Positions 57,635-64,000 of a stretch of 64,000 nucleotides of DNA are shown here, piece by piece. This DNA is from Burkholderiales bacterium PBB3 (lineage in GTDB: Bacteria; Pseudomonadota; Gammaproteobacteria; Burkholderiales; Burkholderiaceae_C), in the NCBI GenBank assembly GCA_002256115.1, contig NKIK01000003.1:194280-258279 (forward strand). Reading direction: 5' to 3'. The notes beneath the pieces are model-generated. The model was not told the DNA's origin, searched no databases, and saw only the letters and a program-made list of their open reading frames with translations. The position numbers were made by a program, and so were the translations under genes. Each line of letters opens with the position of its first letter. Position 1 is the stretch's first letter.

Positions 57635-58533
57635 GCAGGGAAAACTCCGGTAGAGAGGTAGCGGTCACCCCGGTCACACACTATGAAGACGATGGTGGCA
57701 TTGGCGTCGCGCTTGGCAATCTCTTGCGCCACCCAGCAGGCACCCGCTGCCGATACGCCAGCAAAAATGCCCTCTTCGCGCGCCATGCGGCGGCACATGT
57801 CCTCGGCATCTGCCTGGCTCACATACACCAGCTCATCCACATTGGCAGGGTCGTAGATTTTGGGCAAATAGGCCTCGGGCCATTTGCGAATGCCGGGAAT
57901 GCGCGAGCCCTCAGACGGCTGCGCACCGATGATGCGGATGGCGGGGTTCTTTTCCTTCAGGAACCGTGCCACACCGGTGATGGTGCCCGTGGTGCCCATG
58001 GCGCTCACAAAGTGGGTAATCTGCCCGCCGGTTTGCTCCCAAATCTCGGGGCCCGTGGTCTCGTAGTGGATGCGCGGATTGTCCTGGTTGGCAAATTGGT
58101 CCAACACCCGGCCTTTGCCATCGCGCTGCATTTGTTCGGCCAGATCACGGGCGTATTCCATACCACCGCTCTTGGGCGTCAGGATCAGCTCTGCGCCAAA
58201 GGCTTTCATAGTCTGCACGCGCTCGATGGACAAGTCCTCCGGCATGATCAACACCATGCGGTAGCCCTTGATGGCTGCCGCCATGGCCAGCGCAATGCCG
58301 GTGTTGCCCGAGGTAGCCTCCAGCAAAGTGTCGCCCGGCTTGATTTCACCGCGCTCCTGGGCCCGCTGGATCATCGACAAGGCGGGCCGGTCTTTGACTG
58401 AGCCCGCAGGGTTATTGCCCTCCAATTTGCCCAAAACCACGGTCTTGCGGGCCGTGTTTTCAGTGGCACCAATGCGTTGCAGGGCGACCAAGGGGGTTTT
58501 TCCGATTGCGTCTTCAATAGTTGGATAGATCAT
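57631..58533 (-). CDS. cysM: Cysteine synthase B (PLP-dependent)
   Basis: MIYPTIEDAIGKTPLV, PLP-binding Lys context, 300 aa. Confidence 0.85.
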   Translation of the reverse strand: MIYPTIEDAIGKTPLVALQRIGATENTARKTVVLGKLEGNNPAGSVKDRPALSMIQRAQERGEIKPGDTLLEATSGNTGIALAMAAAIKGYRMVLIMPEDLSIERVQTMKAFGAELILTPKSGGMEYARDLAEQMQRDGKGRVLDQFANQDNPRIHYETTGPEIWEQTGGQITHFVSAMGTTGTITGVARFLKEKNPAIRIIGAQPSEGSRIPGIRKWPEAYLPKIYDPANVDELVYVSQADAEDMCRRMAREEGIFAGVSAAGACWVAQEIAKRDANATIVFIVCDRGDRYLSTGVFPA

Positions 58534-58575
58534 GTCCGTAAATGTGCCATAATTCAGGGCTTACGTATTAGCGTC

Positions 58576-58660
58576 GCCCGGGTGGTGGAATTGGTAGACG
58601 CACGGGACTCAAAATCCCGCGCCGCAAGGCGTGCCGGTTCGATTCCGGCCCCGGGCACCA
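58576..58660 (+). tRNA. tRNA-Leu (anticodon CAA), 85 nt including CCA
   Basis: Cloverleaf with a long variable arm; anticodon loop CUCAAAA; closely similar to E. coli tRNA-Leu(CAA). Confidence 0.9.
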
Positions 58661-58667
58661 CATTGAA

Positions 58668-58700
58668 AGCCAGACAACACCTTGTTGTCTGGCTTTTTCT
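58668..58700 (+). terminator. Rho-independent terminator after tRNA-Leu
   Basis: Hairpin agccagacaacaccttgttgtctggct followed by TTTTT. Confidence 0.8.
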
Positions 58701-58743
58701 TTGCGCTGGATTATTCTTGGCGCCAATGGCATCCTAGGGTCCC

Positions 58744-59457
58744 ATGCAAACTACCGTCCTGTCCAATGTAACTGCCCCGCAGCCCCAGGCGAAAACACCC
58801 GCGCTGTTTTGGGCCGTGTTGGTCGTGTTTGTGGTGTTCGCCCTCATTCCCACCCTCTGGACCGATGTGGATCTGGCTGCAGCGGGTCTCTTTGCTGGCC
58901 AAAGCAAGCAGTTGGACGCTGGCCCTTGGCCTTGGGTGGTGTGGATCAATGCGCAGATTCCGACCGTTTTTCGCTTCGTGGTGCTGGCCGCCTTTGCGGG
59001 CTGGCTGTTCACCAGTTTCAGCCGCTACGGCAAGCAGTGGCGCTTGCAGCTGGCATTCCTGGCATTGGCTGGCACCTTGGGACCTGGGCTCGTAGTGAAC
59101 CATGTGTTCAAAGACAACTGGCAACGTGCCCGGCCCTACCAAGTAGCGCAGTTTGGTGGCCCGCAACAATTCACCCGCGCTGCGGTCATGACCGACCAGT
59201 GCGACAACAACTGCTCTTTTGTCAGCGGCCATGTGGCTTGCGGCTTCTTTTTTGCCAGCCTGATGCTGGTCCACCGTCGGCGTCGTGTGGCGTGGGCCGT
59301 CACGGGCGTCACCAGCGGCTTGGTCATCGGCTTTGCCCGCATGGCAGATGTAGCCCATTGGCTCAGTGACGTGCTGTGGGCCTGCCCAATCACCTTGTTG
59401 TGCAGTTGGGTCGTATGGAAACTGCTTTTACTTCTATACAAGCCACCCAAGTTTTAG
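58744..59457 (+). CDS. PAP2-family membrane phosphatase
   Basis: PAP2 motifs SFVSGH and ...HWLSD. Confidence 0.75.
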   Translation: MQTTVLSNVTAPQPQAKTPALFWAVLVVFVVFALIPTLWTDVDLAAAGLFAGQSKQLDAGPWPWVVWINAQIPTVFRFVVLAAFAGWLFTSFSRYGKQWRLQLAFLALAGTLGPGLVVNHVFKDNWQRARPYQVAQFGGPQQFTRAAVMTDQCDNNCSFVSGHVACGFFFASLMLVHRRRRVAWAVTGVTSGLVIGFARMADVAHWLSDVLWACPITLLCSWVVWKLLLLLYKPPKF

Positions 59458-59504
59458 TATCAGGGCACAATGCATTGAAATAATCCGTTGGACCGCGAGG
59501 CGAG

Positions 59505-61091
59505 GTGAACGCCCGCGACAAAGCCCAGGAGTCCTTGATGGAAATGCTCTTTGCAGACGAGGCGCCCGCACCCACCCCTGATGCCACTACGTTTGGCAAG
59601 AAGAGTTGGTGCGTTCTCATGGTGGATGACGATGAAGAGGTGCACACCGTCACCCGTTTGGCTCTGCGCAATTTTGACTTTCAGGGCCAGGAGTTGGAGC
59701 TGATCAGCGCCTACTCTGCCAAAGAGGGCCGGGCTATTTTTGAGAGCCGCGATGACATCGCTCTGGCCATCATCGATGTGGTCATGGAAACCGAACACGC
59801 CGGCTTGGACCTGGTGCACTACGTGCGCAACACCCTGGAAAACAACCGCACCCGCCTGGTGATGCGCACCGGCCAGCCCGGACAGGCACCGCAGGACCAG
59901 GTGATCCGCGAGTACGACATCGACGACTACAAAGAAAAAACGGAGATGACCATCCAGAAGCTGCGCACCCTGCTCTACAGCAAGCTGCGCGCTTACCGGG
60001 ATTTATGTGTCATTGAAGAGCAGCGCGACGGGCTGACCCGCGTATTGCGCGCCACCGAGAAGGTTCAGACCTCCGAGTCACTCACTCTGTTTGCCACGGC
60101 CGTCTTAGAGCAGTTGACGTCGCTGTTGCACCTAGACATCTCCGCGCTGTATTGCACCGTCTTGCCCTCCACCCATGCGAGGCAACAGGCATCGCGCACG
60201 CTGGCGGCCACTGGGGAGTACGTCAAATACAGCACGGGTACGCAATTTGACGATTTGCCAGCCGTTGTCGCAGAGCGCTTTCAAAAAGTGCTGGATGCCA
60301 AAGCGCCTCTGCACTTCGAGGACGCCTATGTGGTCTATAGCGCGGGCGACCGGGGCTCCAGCAATCTGCTGTACGTGACGCACTCCTCGACACTGGACAA
60401 ACTGGATCGTCAGCTATTGGAGATTTATACCCAAAGTGTGGCGATCACCTTTGAGAACATCAACCTGCAGGAAGACCTGCGTGACACCCAAAAAGAGCTG
60501 GTGTACATCCTGGCCGATGCTGTGGAGGCGCGCAGCAAAGAGACGGGTGCCCATGTCAAACGGGTGGCCTTGGGCAGTGAAATGCTGGCCCGCTTGTGCG
60601 GACTGCCCGAAGACCAGGTGCTGTTGATCAAGCATGCGTCTCCGCTGCATGACATTGGCAAAGTGGCCATTCCGGATGCGATCCTGCATAAGCCCGGCAA
60701 GCTGGATGCGCAGGAGTGGGCCTTGATGCAAAAGCATGCGCAGTTCGGTTTGGACATTCTGCAAAGATCGGATCGACCGCTGATGAAACTGGGTGCCGAA
60801 ATCGCTATCACCCACCACGAAAAATGGGATGGCACGGGCTACCCCAACGGCATGCAGGGTGGTGCCATTCCTATCTCAGGGCGCATTACGGCGCTCATTG
60901 ATGTGTTTGATGCCTTGGGCTCTAAACGCAGTTACAAAGGTGCGTGGTCCGATGATCTGGTTATGGAACACATTGTTGCGGGGTCGGGCACGCAGTTTGA
61001 CCCCGTGTTGGTAGAACTCCTGGTGGCCAATCGTGAAGCCTTTCAGGCATTGCGCCTGCAATATCCCGACCTTGAAGAGCCACACGCCTAG
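59505..61091 (+). CDS. Response regulator (REC) with a central domain and a C-terminal HD-GYP phosphodiesterase
   Basis: REC motifs VLMVDDDEEV...IIDVVMET, then HD..HHEKWDGTGYP. Confidence 0.8.
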   Translation: MNARDKAQESLMEMLFADEAPAPTPDATTFGKKSWCVLMVDDDEEVHTVTRLALRNFDFQGQELELISAYSAKEGRAIFESRDDIALAIIDVVMETEHAGLDLVHYVRNTLENNRTRLVMRTGQPGQAPQDQVIREYDIDDYKEKTEMTIQKLRTLLYSKLRAYRDLCVIEEQRDGLTRVLRATEKVQTSESLTLFATAVLEQLTSLLHLDISALYCTVLPSTHARQQASRTLAATGEYVKYSTGTQFDDLPAVVAERFQKVLDAKAPLHFEDAYVVYSAGDRGSSNLLYVTHSSTLDKLDRQLLEIYTQSVAITFENINLQEDLRDTQKELVYILADAVEARSKETGAHVKRVALGSEMLARLCGLPEDQVLLIKHASPLHDIGKVAIPDAILHKPGKLDAQEWALMQKHAQFGLDILQRSDRPLMKLGAEIAITHHEKWDGTGYPNGMQGGAIPISGRITALIDVFDALGSKRSYKGAWSDDLVMEHIVAGSGTQFDPVLVELLVANREAFQALRLQYPDLEEPHA

Positions 61092-61101
61092 AACGTGGCG
61101 C

Positions 61102-62013
61102 TCAGACTAGACCCGTGTGGACACTGGGGTAGCGCAACTTCAAGCCGAGTTCGCGCTTCATTCGCATGTTCACCAATCGACGCGACTCCCCCATAAAGCT
61201 CAATTGCATGGGCGATAGCAAAGCCGCCGCCTCAGCCCGCGTCACGCGCGGCGGCTTGCTAAGCCCATACAAGCCTGCCGCCAAATCAAAGTAGTCGCCC
61301 ATCTTGAGATCGGAGTCATCACAGACGTTGTAGGCCCGTTGGGGCTTGCCCAGCCACAGCGCCCGTACGCAAGCCCTGGCCAGGTCGTCCGCGTGGATGT
61401 GATTGGTATACACATCCTGTGCGGCCTCCAAAACCGGCAGCCCTTTCTGCAAACGCGCGCGCGGGGTGCCACCCTCGCGGTCCGGTGCGTAGATGCCGGG
61501 GATGCGCAAAATGCAAATGGTCGCGGCGGTTGCGCGGCCCCAATGCCGCAGCCGGTCCTCTGCATCCACCCGACGCCGAGCCCGTTCCGTGCCAGCGTTA
61601 ACTGCACGCAACTCTGATACCCAAGTGCCTCCGCAATCCCCGTAAACACCGCTGGTGGAGCCATAGACCAAGGCGCGCGGCTTAGAACGACCTCGCAATG
61701 CCTTCAGCAGGGCCGCGGTGCGACCATCCGCGCTACCGGTGGGCGCTGGAGGGGCCAGATGAATGATGCGGTGGGCCAAGCCTGCCAGCCGTTGCAAGCT
61801 CGTTGGTCCATCCAAATTGCCTAGCAACGGGACAATGCCCGCAGCACGCAATGGCGTCATACGCTCCATGGTAGAAGTCAGTGCCAGCACACGGGTACGC
61901 CCCGCTAGCTGGTGCGCAATCCGCATACCAATATCGCCACATCCAATGATCAAGACGCGCTGCCGACGAAAACGGGAAGGTAGTGCCCCCAGTGGGCTTT
62001 GGATTGAGGGCAA
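61102..62013 (-). CDS. NAD(P)-dependent epimerase/dehydratase-type SDR
   Basis: Rossmann motif VLIIGCGDIG. Confidence 0.7.
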   Translation of the reverse strand: MPSIQSPLGALPSRFRRQRVLIIGCGDIGMRIAHQLAGRTRVLALTSTMERMTPLRAAGIVPLLGNLDGPTSLQRLAGLAHRIIHLAPPAPTGSADGRTAALLKALRGRSKPRALVYGSTSGVYGDCGGTWVSELRAVNAGTERARRRVDAEDRLRHWGRATAATICILRIPGIYAPDREGGTPRARLQKGLPVLEAAQDVYTNHIHADDLARACVRALWLGKPQRAYNVCDDSDLKMGDYFDLAAGLYGLSKPPRVTRAEAAALLSPMQLSFMGESRRLVNMRMKRELGLKLRYPSVHTGLV

Positions 62014-62061
62014 AATCGACGCCTTGTGAATTCAACTGTCCGCAAGGATACTTAAAAAACT

Positions 62062-63114
62062 ATGACGGCTGCTGCAGGTGCGCAATCCTTCTTTTCTGTC
62101 ACAGTACAGCCCAGTGGGCGCAGCTTTACGGTACCCAACGGGGACACCGTACTGGCGGCAGGGATCAACCAGGGTATTGGCCTTCCCTATGGCTGCAAAG
62201 ACGGGGCCTGCGGTTCGTGCAAATGCAAAATGCTCAGCGGAGCTGTAGTGCATGGCAATCACCAAAGCAAGGCGCTGAGCCCGGAAGAAGAAGCCAGCGG
62301 CTATGTGCTGACCTGCTGCGCCATGCCCCAATCGGATCTGGTATTGGAGTCACGCCAGGTGACCGAGGCCGGTTCTCTGCCCATCAAAAAAATGCCCACC
62401 CGCGTGAGCAGCATGCGCAAAGCGTCTGACGACGTAATGGTCATTCAACTGCAACTCCCGGCCAACGACATGTTTGCGTACCGGGCGGGCCAGTATGTGG
62501 AATTCATTTTGCGCGACGGCGCACGGCGCAGCTATTCGATGGCCAATGCACCGCACCTGGGGCCCGGGGTCGAGTTGCACATCCGACACATGCCTGGCGG
62601 CAAATTTACCGACCATGTGTTTGGCGCTATGAAGGAAAAAGAGATTCTGCGCATTGAGGGCCCCTTCGGCTCATTCTTCTTGCGTGAGGACTCTGACAAG
62701 CCCATTATTTTGTTGGCCTCAGGCACGGGCTTTGCGCCCGTCAAGGCTTTAATCGAGCATATGCAGCACCAGGGTATTGCACGCAAGGTGGTGCTGTACT
62801 GGGGGGCACGCAAGCCCTCGGATTTGTATATGCAAGACTGGGTTCAGAATCAGTTGGCGACCATACCCACGCTCAGCTTTGTACCGGTGGTCTCGGATGC
62901 CTCGGAAAGCGATGCCTGGTCAGGCCGCACGGGCTTTGTGCATCAAGCCGTAATGCAAGACTTTCCGGATATGCGGGCCTATCAGGTCTATGCCTGTGGC
63001 GCGCCCATCGTGGTGGAGTCTGCACGCGCAGACTTTGTGGCGCTGTGCGGGCTCGACTCCGACGAGTTCTTCGCCGACGCATTCACCTCAGAGGCGGACA
63101 AGCTGGCCCCTTAA
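62062..63114 (+). CDS. 2Fe-2S ferredoxin-NAD(P) reductase (FNR-like flavoprotein, AscD/CDP-6-deoxy-delta-3,4-glucoseen reductase-like)
   Basis: Plant-type 2Fe-2S CKDGACGSCKC...C, FAD-binding RSYS, NAD-binding GTGFAP. Confidence 0.8.
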   Translation: MTAAAGAQSFFSVTVQPSGRSFTVPNGDTVLAAGINQGIGLPYGCKDGACGSCKCKMLSGAVVHGNHQSKALSPEEEASGYVLTCCAMPQSDLVLESRQVTEAGSLPIKKMPTRVSSMRKASDDVMVIQLQLPANDMFAYRAGQYVEFILRDGARRSYSMANAPHLGPGVELHIRHMPGGKFTDHVFGAMKEKEILRIEGPFGSFFLREDSDKPIILLASGTGFAPVKALIEHMQHQGIARKVVLYWGARKPSDLYMQDWVQNQLATIPTLSFVPVVSDASESDAWSGRTGFVHQAVMQDFPDMRAYQVYACGAPIVVESARADFVALCGLDSDEFFADAFTSEADKLAP

Positions 63115-63120
63115 AGTTGC

Positions 63121-63954
63121 TCATGCGCGTTTTCGGGTCGGGTACTCGCTCATCACCACGGCAATGACCACCAGAGCCGCACCGATAGAGGCCTGCAAAG
63201 CCAGTGCCTCGCCGAGCCATAGCCATGCAAACACGGCGGCAAATACCGGCTCCGTGGCGTAGACCAAGGCGGCTTTGTCGGCAGTAACATGGCGCTGGGC
63301 AATCGCTTGCAAAAAGAGCATACCCGCAGTGGCTATCACGCCCAAGTACACCAATCCTGCAAACACTTGCCAATCCATTCTGTCGGGCAAAGTAGCCAAG
63401 CTGTCGGTGCCAACGGACGCCAACACCATCCACACGCCACCCAAGCCAGCCATCCAGACCACCTGCGTAGCCGCCAAATGTTTGGGGTTATGGCGCACCG
63501 CCCATTTTGACAAGATGATGACGTCTATTGCATACGCCAAGGCACCCAAAATGGTTGCAGCATCTGCCCACCAATGGGCACCGCCCTCCCACGACATCAA
63601 GCCAATGCCAACACAGGCGAGGGCTGCGGCAGCCCATACTAGCCAACTCGGGCGTGCACCCAGCACGAAGCCCAACATGGGAACCATCAGCACATTGAGA
63701 CTGGTGAGGAAGGCACTGCGGTTAGACGAGATGTGTTCCAAGCCATAGGCCTGCGCCACATAAGACGCCAGCACGATGACGCCCAGCACACCACCATCTC
63801 TCCAGGCTTGCTTAGGCGCGCGCACTGCAAAAGGCAGCATCAGCGCCGCTGCAATGAACCTATTTCCGGCAGTTGAAGCTACTAAAACCTGCTGCAAGTT
63901 AGACTGGGAGCCGAGTTCAACGAATTTGTAGAGGTCACCAAATGGGTGAAGCAA
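63121..63954 (-). CDS. EamA/DMT-family transporter
   Basis: About 10 TM segments with duplicated EamA-like halves. Confidence 0.7.
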   Translation of the reverse strand: MLHPFGDLYKFVELGSQSNLQQVLVASTAGNRFIAAALMLPFAVRAPKQAWRDGGVLGVIVLASYVAQAYGLEHISSNRSAFLTSLNVLMVPMLGFVLGARPSWLVWAAAALACVGIGLMSWEGGAHWWADAATILGALAYAIDVIILSKWAVRHNPKHLAATQVVWMAGLGGVWMVLASVGTDSLATLPDRMDWQVFAGLVYLGVIATAGMLFLQAIAQRHVTADKAALVYATEPVFAAVFAWLWLGEALALQASIGAALVVIAVVMSEYPTRKRA

Positions 63955-64000
63955 AAAGACGTCAATTGGCTGCGCAAGCGCAAGCCATGGATGTCATGTT

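Noticed and set aside
1-64000. CRISPR arrays, integrases and prophage structural genes
   Set aside because: No array of regularly spaced identical repeats was seen. The dispersed repeat copies are kilobases apart and differ in their flanks. No tyrosine or serine recombinase and no phage capsid or terminase signatures were recognised.

Overview
This is a GC-rich (about 65%) chromosomal segment whose gene content and order look betaproteobacterial (Burkholderiales/Comamonadaceae-like). It holds about 55 protein-coding genes and one tRNA-Leu(CAA).

The housekeeping backbone includes the zinc-ribbon/prmA/accC/accB operon, lldD, dinB, valS, cysM, queF, yaaA and a histone H1-like protein gene carrying 51-bp tandem repeats.

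Interleaved with the backbone are accessory and defence-type modules:
- a Type I R-M locus, hsdM-hsdS-fic-hsdR
- a PaeR7I/XhoI-like Type II R-M pair
- a hipBA toxin-antitoxin pair
- a ccdAB-like toxin-antitoxin pair with a fused antitoxin
- a truncated IS200-like tnpA next to a candidate ORF-less group II intron remnant

Two things stand out. First, a dispersed 35-90 bp repeat family (core CCGTGGATAGTGCGGGAGCAGCTCC, at least 11 copies) punctuates almost every accessory module and sits in-frame inside four coding regions. Second, a tightly packed 5-gene minus-strand operon runs from 47153 to 37850: NfeD/YqiJ-like, flotillin/SPFH, Zn-ribbon, a 1724-aa coiled-coil AAA+ (AAA_5-like) giant protein, and a single-HKD PLD nuclease. 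Repeat copies flank it, and hipBA, ccdAB and the two R-M systems sit within about 25 kb of it. I propose this operon as a candidate undescribed membrane-associated defence-like system.

Every functional call rests on motif and architecture recognition from the translated ORFs. No database search was possible.
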